Source of the DNA: Candidatus Altimarinota bacterium
Lineage (GTDB): Bacteria; Patescibacteriota; Gracilibacteria; UBA1369
Length of the DNA: 32,000 nt
NCBI GenBank assembly: GCA_041659405.1
Contig: JBAZYK010000003.1
Coordinates: forward strand, 1-32,000
Reading direction: 5' to 3'
Each line of letters begins with the position of its first letter. The stretch's first letter is position 1. The notes under the pieces were generated by a model. It was not told where the DNA came from. It did not search any database and saw nothing but the letters and a program-made list of their open reading frames with translations. Positions 1 to 8,280 of the stretch are shown here, piece by piece. The position numbers and the translations under genes were made by a program.

Positions 1-935
1 CTGCTCACTTTGACTTCCAAATCTTTTAAAACTTCGCGTTCATCAAAATTTTTCTTGACGATTTTTGCCGCTACCACAGTCCCCTTTTGCGGAGTTCCCA
101 AATTCTTCATACGCACACGCGGATCCGCCACAGGTTCCGGTGGAGCCTTTTTTTCCATGCGTTCAAGCGCCTTCTTTTTTTGCGCAACCGTGGCCGTAAA
201 TTTGTATTTAGGATGATTCGCATTTTCGCTAAGCCAAGCCTCCAACTCGTTCACTTCTCTTTGGCTGAATTCATGCAGCTGCAATTTTTTTTGATAACGA
301 TCATAACGCTCAACCAAAAATTCATCGTATTTACAGCCATAAACGTCAATTTTATGATCGCCGGTAATTTCCCAAATTTGATTTGCGACCGCATTGATAA
401 AATAACGATCATGAGAAACAAACGCCACAGAGCCATTAAATCCATCAATAAATTTTGTAAGCCATTCAATGCTAGGATGATCAAGATGATTTGTCGGCTC
501 ATCCAAAAGCAAAATCGTCGGCTCTTCCAGCAACAATTCCGCAATCGCGATCCTGACTCTTTGACCGCCACTTAAGGTTTTCAGCTCCATCAAGACAATA
601 TCAGCCGGCAAACTAACCTCATCCAAAACCATTTCAATTTTGTATGACATCCAATCCTCTTCCAGTTTGCTTTCCAGATATTGGCCAACCAAAGCGTTTT
701 CATCAGGAAACTTAATGTCCTGGCGCAAATAGCCGATCACCTCGTGCGCACAACTGACCGTGCCCGAAGTCGGCTCCAGCTCGCCCTTTAACAGCTTTAT
801 CAGTGTCGATTTTCCACAACCATTTTTGCCCACAATCGCCACGCGCTTTTTGGCTGCACTATCCAAAGAAACGTCCACATCAGCAAAAAGTGTCCCATCC
901 GAGCTGTCAAAAGAAAGATTTTTAGCGATTAACAT
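1..935 (-). CDS. ABC-F family ATPase (tandem ABC domains, translation-factor type); N-terminal ~311 aa, continues beyond the left edge
   Basis: Absent from the ORF track because there is no stop in-window. Reverse-strand ATG at 935-933. My translation: MLIAKNLSFDSSDGTLFADVDVSL..VAIVGKNGCGKSTLIKLL (Walker A), LSGGQRVRIAIAELLLEEPTILLLDEPTNHLD (signature + Walker B), VSHDRYF (H-loop), charged linker, then the start of a second ABC domain. The frame is open to base 3. Plus-strand ORFs 10..216, 87..575 and 760..945 are antisense shadows. Confidence 0.88.
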   Translation of the reverse strand, partial: MLIAKNLSFDSSDGTLFADVDVSLDSAAKKRVAIVGKNGCGKSTLIKLLKGELEPTSGTVSCAHEVIGYLRQDIKFPDENALVGQYLESKLEEDWMSYKIEMVLDEVSLPADIVLMELKTLSGGQRVRIAIAELLLEEPTILLLDEPTNHLDHPSIEWLTKFIDGFNGSVAFVSHDRYFINAVANQIWEITGDHKIDVYGCKYDEFLVERYDRYQKKLQLHEFSQREVNELEAWLSENANHPKYKFTATVAQKKKALERMEKKAPPEPVADPRVRMKNLGTPQKGTVVAAKIVKKNFDEREVLKDLEVKVS

Positions 936-1130
936 GATAATTTAGCTTTAATTAATGCAGTTTGGCCACCCATAATTCCTCAGCCCAAAACAGCAAATTG
1001 GATTTTAGACCAAGCCGCTGATTTAGCCAAGGTGGAAACGCAATATTGACGAAATCCTCATAAAAGTTCAAATTTACGTCAGCGTTCATAGGACAAAACC
1101 TCAGCTTTTTCATATAAATACCAATCCCCC

Positions 1131-1619
1131 ATGCCCGACATCTACGCCTTTTTGGACCAACATAAAATCAACTATCAACGCTTTGACCACCCTGCGGTTT
1201 TCACGTGCGAAGATGCCGACAAACTCGACCTGAATATGCCCGGAGTATCAATCAAAAATCTTTTCCTAAGGGACAAAAATGCAAAGCGTCATTTTTTGGT
1301 TGTGATCAGTACCAATAAAAAAGCCGATCTAAAAGCTCTAAGTCAGACAATCAACCTTAGCAAACTCAGCTTTGGCTCTCCGGAGAGCCTAAAACAACAC
1401 CTTGGAGTTGAGCCGGGATCCGTTACACTTTTAGGCCTGATCAATGACCCAAACAAAGAAATTGAAGTCTTGATCGATCAAGAACTTCAAGATAAGGCTT
1501 TGCAATGCCATCCACTCATTAATACGGCCTCACTTGTGATCCCCGCGGAAGATATCAAGAAATTCCTGGAAATCACCGGACACGCCACCAAATTCATCGA
1601 AATTCCGGAAAGGGCGTAA
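1131..1619 (+). CDS. YbaK/ProX-type aminoacyl-tRNA editing (deacylase) domain protein
   Basis: 162 aa. Size and pattern are typical of free-standing tRNA_edit domain proteins (FDHPAVFTCEDA..., GVSIKNLFLRDKN, ADLKAL..., GSVTLLGLIND). Confidence 0.75.
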   Translation: MPDIYAFLDQHKINYQRFDHPAVFTCEDADKLDLNMPGVSIKNLFLRDKNAKRHFLVVISTNKKADLKALSQTINLSKLSFGSPESLKQHLGVEPGSVTLLGLINDPNKEIEVLIDQELQDKALQCHPLINTASLVIPAEDIKKFLEITGHATKFIEIPERA

Positions 1620-1656
1620 AATCAGCCCCTTTAGCAGCATTCCCCAAAACTCCAAA

Positions 1657-1684
1657 TTGACATTATCGCTTTACCCGCTATACT
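1657..1684 (+). promoter_or_regulatory. sigma70-type promoter upstream of tRNA-Glu
   Basis: TTGACA (1657-1662), 16-nt spacer, TATACT (1679-1684), about 65 nt upstream of the tRNA. The 12-mer CAAATTGACATT (1653-1664) recurs at 18817-18828. Confidence 0.5.
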
Positions 1685-1750
1685 TTTCCAGCAAAACACG
1701 AGCAAAGCGGAGGCTCAATTCTGCTTTTTAAAGCAACAGGCTCATTTTAC

Positions 1751-1825
1751 GGCGCCATCGTCTAATGGTTAGGACAACGGATTTTCAATCCGTCAACAGG
1801 GGTTCAATTCCCCTTGGCGCTACCA
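1751..1825 (+). tRNA. tRNA-Glu (anticodon UUC), genomically encoded CCA
   Basis: GGCGCCA acceptor pairs with TGGCGCT. D arm is TCGTCTAATGGTTAGGAC. Anticodon stem ACGGA/TCCGT has loop TT-TTC-AA. T arm is GGGGTTCAATTCCCC, followed by discriminator A and CCA. Closely resembles canonical bacterial tRNA-Glu. Confidence 0.92.
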
Positions 1826-1917
1826 TTTCTTAAGCTTTCCAAAACGGAAAGCGCTTTCCAGCCAATTCAATTTGGCTTTAGTTGAAGAATACTTCCACAT
1901 TTTAAGCGTAACCAGAT

Positions 1918-1940
1918 CAACCGACCCCGGTTGTTTTTTT
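1918..1940 (+). terminator. rho-independent terminator downstream of the tRNA-Glu trailer
   Basis: CAACCG-ACCC-CGGTTG hairpin (6-bp GC-rich stem, 4-nt loop) followed by T7 (1934-1940). Confidence 0.6.
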
Positions 1941-2068
1941 CTTTTAAGCTGCTTTTCTTTCAAATTTTTCATAAGTTTTTGAGTTCAATTAGCGATTTCA
2001 GACAGAAGCGTAACACAAAACAAAACCAAGTAAAACAAGCAAATTTGTAACACCTTATTTTGCCATTT

Positions 2069-2096
2069 TTGACAAACACACATTAAATGATACAAT
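2069..2096 (+). promoter_or_regulatory. sigma70-type promoter with extended -10, for the 2142 gene
   Basis: TTGACA (2069-2074), 16-nt spacer ending in TGa, TACAAT (2091-2096). The start codon lies about 45 nt downstream. Confidence 0.55.
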
Positions 2097-2141
2097 GAGC
2101 ACTCCTCTAACCAGTCGAATTCATTTAATGTCCTTAAAGCC

Positions 2142-2717
2142 ATGAGAAAACCTTCATCTTCTCCGGAAAGAAACACTGAAAAAAGAAGTTTTGTAATGCC
2201 TTTAGCAACAGCCGGGGCCATCTTGGCTGCAAGCATTTTGTGTCATCACCAAGCCATGAAACTTCTTAATGAAGACAGTGCCGAAACACCTACAATATCA
2301 ACACCATCACAACCAACTCCACCTACATCCTCACCTGAACCATCAAATTCTGAGAAGATTGCCGGTATTTCAGCTGTAACATTGACTTCACAGAGAAAAG
2401 CTTCAAAATGTAAAAAACCAACCACAGGCGAAATTATTAAGGGCATAAGGCAAATTTATGAAGCCTCTGACCATGCTAGTTTTGAGCACACAAGCGACTT
2501 AGCTGAAATTTCAGCAGAATACAGCTTTATTGCTCCTGATAGGGGAAAAAGTGTGGGTACATGCAATTTAGAGCTTGGCTTAACATATCACATTGAAAGA
2601 GACCCGGACGAAGAAATACCAGTGGAAATAACGTTTACAGAAAACGGCATACAAAGAACAGAACAACTTTATTTTGATCCAAATCTTTTAAAAACAGGTA
2701 AGCGCATTTCTCTCTAA
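2142..2717 (+). CDS. hypothetical secreted or membrane-anchored protein (N-terminal hydrophobic helix, P/S/T-rich linker, small globular C-terminus)
   Basis: 191-aa ORF preceded by a good promoter and followed by a hairpin. Contains MPLATAGAILAASILC hydrophobic segment, then TPTISTPSQPTPPTSSPEPS. No family recognised. Alternative start at the ATG at 2196. Confidence 0.55.
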   Translation: MRKPSSSPERNTEKRSFVMPLATAGAILAASILCHHQAMKLLNEDSAETPTISTPSQPTPPTSSPEPSNSEKIAGISAVTLTSQRKASKCKKPTTGEIIKGIRQIYEASDHASFEHTSDLAEISAEYSFIAPDRGKSVGTCNLELGLTYHIERDPDEEIPVEITFTENGIQRTEQLYFDPNLLKTGKRISL

Positions 2718-2719
2718 AA

Positions 2720-2752
2720 GAATCTGTTAATTTTCAGGATTCGCACTTTTTT
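2720..2752. terminator. hairpin between convergent genes (probable bidirectional terminator)
   Basis: GAATCTG / CAGGATTC stem (7 bp with one bulged C), 8-nt loop, then GCAC-T6 on the + strand and a T4 run on the - strand. Confidence 0.4.
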
Positions 2753-2793
2753 GTAATCCCTTCACTCTTTTTTAATTAACTCCATTTTTAAAA

Positions 2794-3231
2794 TTAAGCC
2801 GAAGCTCCACCAGAAATACCCGTCCCCTTCCCCTCATTCTTCTTCGCAAAATAAGCCTTAATCATCGCCCTAATCATCATCAAAATAAAAATCGAAATGC
2901 CGTAAATCAAAAAAGACACAAAAATAGTTTGCAAAGTTTGATCAGTAACAGTTTGCGTTGCCGGATCCAAACAACCAAAATGTCTGGAAACACCAACCTG
3001 CCCCGGCTTATAAGAATAGGTACTAGAATCAGTCACAAACTGGCTACCACCCCAACAAAGAACCGGTTCGACCACTCTACCAATATCCGGAAAAACCGCT
3101 ACCCCGGCCGAAGCTATCATAAGTCCTACAAAAAAACTGCCCAAAGCGCGCGCCTTCAATGCCGCTGGAGCAAAAGGTTTTGTGGGATCAGTTTTTTGGG
3201 GATAAGCATTTTTAAGATCTCCTAACTTCAT
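2794..3231 (-). CDS. hypothetical two-TM membrane protein with Gly-rich C-terminal tail
   Basis: 145 aa. Two hydrophobic helices (LGSFFVGLMIASAGVAVF; IFVSFLIYGISIFILMMI) flank a loop with two Cys. The overlapping + ORF 2929..3225 looks like a shadow. Confidence 0.55.
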   Translation of the reverse strand: MKLGDLKNAYPQKTDPTKPFAPAALKARALGSFFVGLMIASAGVAVFPDIGRVVEPVLCWGGSQFVTDSSTYSYKPGQVGVSRHFGCLDPATQTVTDQTLQTIFVSFLIYGISIFILMMIRAMIKAYFAKKNEGKGTGISGGASA

Positions 3232-3255
3232 AAAAAAATTGTTATAATCTATAAT

Positions 3256-4521
3256 TTATTTATAACTCACTTTGCCTTTTTCAGCCAATTCCACCCAAGT
3301 CACCCCACGATTCAGTTGGATTTTTTGGCCGCTGGATGAGCCCGCACCAGCGTTAACTCCACTCGCATTCGCGCTAGCACTGCCTGCTCCCGCTCCATCC
3401 GCATAATAAAACTGGGTATGATCCCCGCTTTTAGCTTTTTTCCAGGTGATTGGAATCATTTGCCCGTCGAGGAAAAGAACACCATCCCCTGAACCGATCA
3501 AATCCAATTTCAAAGCACTATCATCACCTTTTTGATTATTCAGAATCGGCGTCATTTTCACATATTGCACAATGATATTTTTCGCAAATAGCTGCTGCCC
3601 GGATTGCGCATCCACATGAGCCACCCCGCCATTTGATCGATTATAAACATTTTTCACAGAATCATATTTCCATTGCGCCAAAAAACTCGGAAAAGAAAAA
3701 TTTACACTAATTGTTTGCGCCGAATTCGCAACAGCTTTAGCCGGCGCGGCCGCCTGAGTTGAAGTTTGAGTCGACGACTGCAAAAGATTAGACACCGGCG
3801 CATCATCCTTAAAACCCCACGATTCAAAACTGCCAAGCTCGGCCTGCCCTTTCACATAATCTCTTAAAGCAAGAATACTTACATACATACCGTGCTCAAA
3901 CCCACGCGTTTTTACACGATTTGAATCGCGCCAATAAGGTTTATCCACAAAAAACTGATCCAGATCATGCAAACCATACTTAGCAATCAGTTTTATACCA
4001 TCCGCACTTCCACCAACATGCGCATACCAGGCATTATATTCACGTACAATTTCCACAAAATAACTGCGAGCACTGCGCACCGGCCCAACCACCAAAACAT
4101 CTTCATTTTGAAAAAGTGCCATAAAACGGGTAATTCCGCCTTCCGCCAAAGTTTCATAAACCACATCGGCCTTATCCAAACCACTTTGTTGTCTAGCCGG
4201 TGGTGAATTTTCAATCATCACGGCCACAACCGGCATTTGCGCACGTTCCTGCGAAATTAGCTGCCCATTTAAAGGACTCGCCACCAAATTTGTTTGAGCC
4301 TGGCTTTGCGACTGACCATTTTGCCCTTGGTCAGCTCCCGAAACACCAATTTCCAATTTCTTCATGCTATCACTTTTATTCCAAAGCTTATTAATATCGG
4401 AAATCTTAAAATCTCCAACTTGGAAATGATAAACATTGTAAAAATCCAGCGCATAAAGTGAAACGCCGGCAATCACAATCAACAAAACCAATGTTCCAAT
4501 AATTTTTAAAAAAGTTTTCAT
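3256..4521 (-). CDS. DUF3048 (YerB-like) domain protein, N-terminally membrane-anchored
   Basis: 421 aa. Signal-anchor MKTFLKIIGTLVLLIVIAGV. Core matches my memory of the DUF3048 pattern (PVVAVMIENSPPARQQSGLDKADVVYETLAEGGITRFMALF...GPVRSARSYF). Confidence 0.78.
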   Translation of the reverse strand: MKTFLKIIGTLVLLIVIAGVSLYALDFYNVYHFQVGDFKISDINKLWNKSDSMKKLEIGVSGADQGQNGQSQSQAQTNLVASPLNGQLISQERAQMPVVAVMIENSPPARQQSGLDKADVVYETLAEGGITRFMALFQNEDVLVVGPVRSARSYFVEIVREYNAWYAHVGGSADGIKLIAKYGLHDLDQFFVDKPYWRDSNRVKTRGFEHGMYVSILALRDYVKGQAELGSFESWGFKDDAPVSNLLQSSTQTSTQAAAPAKAVANSAQTISVNFSFPSFLAQWKYDSVKNVYNRSNGGVAHVDAQSGQQLFAKNIIVQYVKMTPILNNQKGDDSALKLDLIGSGDGVLFLDGQMIPITWKKAKSGDHTQFYYADGAGAGSASANASGVNAGAGSSSGQKIQLNRGVTWVELAEKGKVSYK

Positions 4522-4578
4522 GCGAGCAGCTTAAGCAAAAACGACAACGAAAGCAAATATAGAAAAAGTCCCTCCAAC

Positions 4579-4614
4579 AAAAAAAAGAGCTCCCGCAAAA
4601 CAAGAGCTCTTTTT
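4579..4614 (-). terminator. rho-independent terminator after the 68-aa gene (end of the putative rarA operon)
   Basis: AGAGCTC (4586-4592) / GAGCTCT (4604-4610) stem with an 11-nt loop. On the minus strand the hairpin is followed by T8 (A-run 4579-4586). A weaker T4 follows on the + strand. Confidence 0.6.
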
Positions 4615-4625
4615 GAAACTGCAAA

Positions 4626-4832
4626 CTATTTTTTCTTCATCTCGCATTCACCGCCTTTGCAACCGCAAACAAGGGAATGAAGACCAAAAACGATTAGTAC
4701 CAATGGCCAATACTTCATAAGAGTAAACTCTGGCCAAACACCAAGAGTACCCAGTAAAAACAGAACACCGAAAGCCAGCATCACAATGCCTCTACACATT
4801 TTGTGATACCCGCATGAGCCACCCATCATCAT
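4626..4832 (-). CDS. small Cys-rich two-TM membrane protein (resembles LiaF-TM/DUF5668-like small proteins; tentative)
   Basis: 68 aa. Three consecutive ATGs at the start. N-terminal SCGYHKMC, two hydrophobic helices (IVMLAFGVLFLLGTLGVW; YWPLVLIVFGLHSLV), C-terminal CGCKGGEC-EMKKK. A terminator follows directly. Confidence 0.6.
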   Translation of the reverse strand: MMMGGSCGYHKMCRGIVMLAFGVLFLLGTLGVWPEFTLMKYWPLVLIVFGLHSLVCGCKGGECEMKKK

Positions 4833-4858
4833 AGATGAAAAGGTTAATAAATAAACGG

Positions 4859-5419
4859 CTAAATTGTACTCTGAAAATATATATGAGTAAAGTTTCTAAA
4901 ATTAAAAATCGCCTTTTTCAAAGCCCAAACATAAAGAGAATTCCCTTCCAATTCTTTCAAACAAGCTTCAACACTTGCAATCTGCGCATCCACAAGATCA
5001 CTATCCCGATTAAACAAATCAAACAATTTTTGCGGAGTTAAACGCAACCATAATAATAATCGCACAGAATCACCATCAAACATTTTATTTCTTTGCGGAA
5101 TTTTAAGTGCAAGTGACGAACCCGAAACTACAACTTCAAGTATGGGTTTGCCAAATTTATCTTTAGCCTCCAACAAATCCCCAAAATTTATATGAGGATA
5201 AGCCCGCCAATTTTGCAATAAATATTCAAGCTCATCCAGCCCAAATTCAGGACACCCACATATCAAAAGAACAAGAGCCTCATTGCGAATAACTCTGGCG
5301 ACCTTACCTGCAGCTTCTTCCCCCGCCACACGCTGAAAATTCAGAGTAGAAATTGGAGCAGACGCTTCTTCCAACTCTTCACCCCCTAAAGGAGCTAATG
5401 GTGGTACTGATAGCGTCAT
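4859..5419 (-). CDS. hypothetical cytoplasmic protein, no family recognised
   Basis: Long ORF antisense to junk-looking + ORF 4835..5041. Lies 45 nt downstream of rarA and 26 nt upstream of the 68-aa gene on the same strand. Start taken at the ATG at 5419 (MTLSVPPLAP...); the track's TTG at 5431 is the alternative. Confidence 0.55.
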   Translation of the reverse strand: MTLSVPPLAPLGGEELEEASAPISTLNFQRVAGEEAAGKVARVIRNEALVLLICGCPEFGLDELEYLLQNWRAYPHINFGDLLEAKDKFGKPILEVVVSGSSLALKIPQRNKMFDGDSVRLLLWLRLTPQKLFDLFNRDSDLVDAQIASVEACLKELEGNSLYVWALKKAIFNFRNFTHIYFQSTI

Positions 5420-5476
5420 ATAATGACTCAAGTTAAGGAGGCAATACTACAACATATTTCAGCAGGTGTAAACCAC

Positions 5477-6892
5477 TTATTTTGATTTTGATGACCGCAA
5501 AGCAGTCAACTTTTCCTTAATTTTCGCCTCAATTCCCCTATCCGTGGGTTCGTAATAAATTTTGCCCTTAAGTTCATCCGGCAAATGTTGCTGATCCACC
5601 TGCGCTCCTTCATACTCGTGCGCATATTTGTATCCTTTGCCATATCCCCATTCTTTCATCAATTTTGTTGGAGCATTACGGATATGCAGAGGAACTTCCA
5701 AATTCCCAAATTTTTGTATGTCTTGTTTGATTTGGCCATAAGCCTTATAAAGCGCGTTACTTTTTGGAGCCATACTTAAATGTACTACCACCTGCGCCAA
5801 ATTCACACTACATTCAGGCATGCCAATAAAATGACAGGCATCCTTGGCCGCAACCGCCACAAGCAGCGCATGCGGATCAGCCATTCCCACATCTTCACTC
5901 GCGAATCGAATTAAACGACGAGCAACATAAAGCGGATCTTCGCCACCTTCCAGCATTCGCGCCATCCAATAAAGCGCCGCATCCGGATCACTATCACGCA
6001 TACTTTTATGCAGCGCCGAAATAATGTTGTAATGCTCCTCCCCTTTTTTGTCATAACGCAGATTTTTCCGCTGAAGAATTTTTTGAATTTCGTCCAGAAT
6101 AATTGTTGATTTTGTGCTGAGCTTAAGCACGATTTCCAGATTATTCAGTAACGCCCGCGCATCACCATTCGCAAACTGAACCAAAAAATCTTTACCATCC
6201 TCATCCATTTTAATTTCAATCTTTTTTGAGTCGGTCGATTTATCGATTTCCGAACCGGTTTTCTGCAAATTTGATTCATTTTCTTTTTGAGCCTGATCTT
6301 TCTGGCGCATTTCCGCCACTTTTTCCAAAGCCCTTTCCAAAATCTGCTTCAACGCCTCTTCATTCAAAGCCTTAAAAACAAAAACCTGTGAACGACTTAA
6401 CAAAGCCGAAATCACCTCAAACGAAGGATTTTCGGTTGTCGCGCCAATCAAAGTAACCGTTCCATCTTCCACATGCGGTAAAAGTGCATCCTGTTGCGAT
6501 TTACTAAATCGATGGATCTCATCTACAAATAACACGGTTCGCTGTCCCATTTTTCGATGTTCACGGGCTCGTTCCACCACTTTGCGCAACTCCGGAACGC
6601 CACTCGTCACCGCACTAACAACCTCAAATTCAGCCGAAGATTCATGAGCTACAATATTGGCTAAAGTGGTTTTCCCACAACCCGGCGGACCATAAAAAAT
6701 CACCGAATGCAGTTTATCCGACTTAATCAATTCACGCAGCATCTTCCCCTCGCCCACCAATTCCTCCTGACCAAAAAATTCCTCCAAAGTTTGCGGACGC
6801 AGCAGGAAAGCCAGGGGCTGCCCCCATCCATTGTCAACTGATTGTGAATTAAAAACATTTGCCATAGGAACTAATCTTAGAGCCAAAACCAT
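5477..6892 (-). CDS. rarA: replication-associated recombination protein A (RarA/MgsA AAA+ ATPase)
   Basis: LRPQTLEEFFGQEELVGEGKML; Walker A YGPPGCGKTTLA; Walker B/sensor LFVDEIHRFSKSQQDALLPHVEDGTVTLIGATTENPSFEV; GDARALLNNLE; C-terminal MgsA_C-like YWMARMLEGGEDPLYVARRLIRFASEDVG...PLHIRNAPT. Alternative ATG at 6865. Confidence 0.93.
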   Translation of the reverse strand: MVLALRLVPMANVFNSQSVDNGWGQPLAFLLRPQTLEEFFGQEELVGEGKMLRELIKSDKLHSVIFYGPPGCGKTTLANIVAHESSAEFEVVSAVTSGVPELRKVVERAREHRKMGQRTVLFVDEIHRFSKSQQDALLPHVEDGTVTLIGATTENPSFEVISALLSRSQVFVFKALNEEALKQILERALEKVAEMRQKDQAQKENESNLQKTGSEIDKSTDSKKIEIKMDEDGKDFLVQFANGDARALLNNLEIVLKLSTKSTIILDEIQKILQRKNLRYDKKGEEHYNIISALHKSMRDSDPDAALYWMARMLEGGEDPLYVARRLIRFASEDVGMADPHALLVAVAAKDACHFIGMPECSVNLAQVVVHLSMAPKSNALYKAYGQIKQDIQKFGNLEVPLHIRNAPTKLMKEWGYGKGYKYAHEYEGAQVDQQHLPDELKGKIYYEPTDRGIEAKIKEKLTALRSSKSK

Positions 6893-7010
6893 GCCAAACT
6901 CAAGTAAAATCTTTTTAAACCAATTTTAAGCAACTTGCAAAAATTTCCCTTTTTACGTACCCTTAAGTAACTCAAACAATCGGTAAATTAATTCTTAATT
7001 TTTTTATTTT

Positions 7011-7616
7011 ATGAAGTACGAACCAAAACCGTTACCGTTCAAAAAACAGCTCATCGGAATCACCGAAAAAACGCTACAGATCCATCATGACAAGCTTTAC
7101 GTCGGCTACGTTAACAAGCGCAATGAAATCGAAGAAAAACTTAAAACAGCAGACCGCACACTAGCCAACGCCACCTACAGTGAATACGGGGAACTCAAGC
7201 GCGAAGAAAGTTTTGCCACAAACGGCGTTTATCTCCATGAATATTATTTTAATGTTTTAGGAGGAGAAGCCGCCCAAACAAATGCTCAAGCTTCAGCCCC
7301 GGAACTTTTCAAGGCAATTGAAGCCGAATTCGGTTCCTTTGAAAACTGGCTTACCGACTTCAAAGCTGCCGGAATGGTTGCCCGCGGCTGGGTCGTTTTA
7401 GCTTACGATTATAATGATGGCCGCCTGCATAATTACCTCTGTGACGCACATAATCATGGTGGAATTTGGGGAGCAATGCCGGTTATTGTGCTTGATGTCT
7501 ACGAACACGCTTATTTTATTGATTACGGCTCGGATCGCAAAACCTATATTGAAGATTACATGAAAAACCTCAACTTTGAAGCCGCAAACCACCTTTTTAA
7601 GTCAATTAAAAAATAG
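7011..7616 (+). CDS. Fe/Mn-family superoxide dismutase
   Basis: 201 aa. QIHHDKLYVGYV (N-terminal His pair) and C-terminal LDVYEHAYFIDY (the D-x-[WY]-E-H-A-Y motif carrying Asp/His metal ligands). Confidence 0.88.
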   Translation: MKYEPKPLPFKKQLIGITEKTLQIHHDKLYVGYVNKRNEIEEKLKTADRTLANATYSEYGELKREESFATNGVYLHEYYFNVLGGEAAQTNAQASAPELFKAIEAEFGSFENWLTDFKAAGMVARGWVVLAYDYNDGRLHNYLCDAHNHGGIWGAMPVIVLDVYEHAYFIDYGSDRKTYIEDYMKNLNFEAANHLFKSIKK

Positions 7617-7695
7617 TGCAACACGTCCGCATTTTGTGGTATAAATAAACAGGTTCCCGTAAAAATCTATAAAAACCCTCATAATCCCAATTTCC

Positions 7696-8235
7696 ATGCA
7701 AAAAAAAGTTAATAAAAAAACCGGCAAGAACCTGGCTCAAAGAGCATCTGCAAAAGCCGGTCTGCCTGCAAAAAACTCAAAGTTTGCCCGCACAAAACTG
7801 ATTTGCAAATTCTGCCGTGCGATTTACGACGGCAAACACTGGCTCGCTTTTGAAAAACTGGATCCAACCATGATCGACGAAATTAAAGTTAATATTTGCC
7901 CGGCCTGCCATGAAAAAAAAGATCACATTTCCGATGGAGTTTTGCATTTAAGCGGATCAATTCTTGATGCGCATAAAGAAGAAATCAAAAATATTATCGC
8001 CAATGCGGCCAAGCGTGAAGAAGAACGTGATGTCTTGAATCGCATTGAACGCATTGAAGAAAGTAACGGCGAAATGCGCATCTACACTGGTAAAAATCAA
8101 TTAGCGGTTGAACTTGGGAAAAAAGTTAATAGCGCCTACAAAGGTGGAAAACTGGAAATTGTATGGTCAAAAAATGATAAACCGGTTGAAGTAAAATGGC
8201 ATAATGATGTAAAAAGTGAACGCGGCAAGAAATAA
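7696..8235 (+). CDS. zinc-ribbon protein, NMD3-N-terminal-like / BCAM0308-family (tentative)
   Basis: 179 aa. CKFC...(31 aa)...CPAC zinc ribbon, then GVLHLSGS, a charged helix and a small beta domain ending EIVWSKNDKPVEVKWH. The architecture matches my recollection of the bacterial BCAM0308/NMD3-like family. Not verified. Confidence 0.55.
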   Translation: MQKKVNKKTGKNLAQRASAKAGLPAKNSKFARTKLICKFCRAIYDGKHWLAFEKLDPTMIDEIKVNICPACHEKKDHISDGVLHLSGSILDAHKEEIKNIIANAAKREEERDVLNRIERIEESNGEMRIYTGKNQLAVELGKKVNSAYKGGKLEIVWSKNDKPVEVKWHNDVKSERGKK

Positions 8236-8258
8236 AATCTGCCAACCGCGCAAATTCC

Positions 8259-8279
8259 TAATTATTAATTACTAATTAA
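8259..8279. repeat. three tandem 7-bp units, each containing palindromic TAATTA, abutting the ferredoxin start codon
   Basis: TAATTAT (8259-8265), TAATTAC (8266-8272), TAATTAA (8273-8279), then C and ATG at 8281. Confidence 0.7.
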
Positions 8280-8280
8280 C

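Noticed and set aside
1029-1051. AAGGTGGAAACGC upstream of the proX-like gene resembles the T-box core (GGUGGnACCGCG), suggesting a T-box riboswitch.
   Set aside because: The match is partial. I found no specifier-loop or stem I architecture. I found no terminator/antiterminator pair with a T-run. The best promoter-like hexamer (TTGACG, 1046-1051) lies downstream of the motif.
1751-5431. tRNA-Glu followed by several orphan genes: possible tRNA-targeted genomic island.
   Set aside because: No integrase or recombinase is present. I could find no direct repeat of the tRNA 3' end downstream. No mobility genes are present. The orphans look like ordinary lineage-specific envelope proteins.
5419-5441. 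Plus-strand TATAAT (5419-5424) followed by a perfect AAGGAGG (5435-5441) in the rarA/190-aa intergenic zone, suggesting a hidden plus-strand gene.
   Set aside because: No ATG/GTG/TTG lies 4-12 nt downstream of the AAGGAGG. The following plus-strand frames are short and antisense to rarA. Other genes in the window do not use SD motifs.
6188-6319. Extra ~25-aa charged low-complexity segment (QKDQAQKENESNLQKTGSEIDKSTDSKK...) between the RarA AAA+ lid and the GDAR motif.
   Set aside because: It looks like a simple linker expansion of the K/E/Q-rich kind seen throughout this window, with no independent domain signal.
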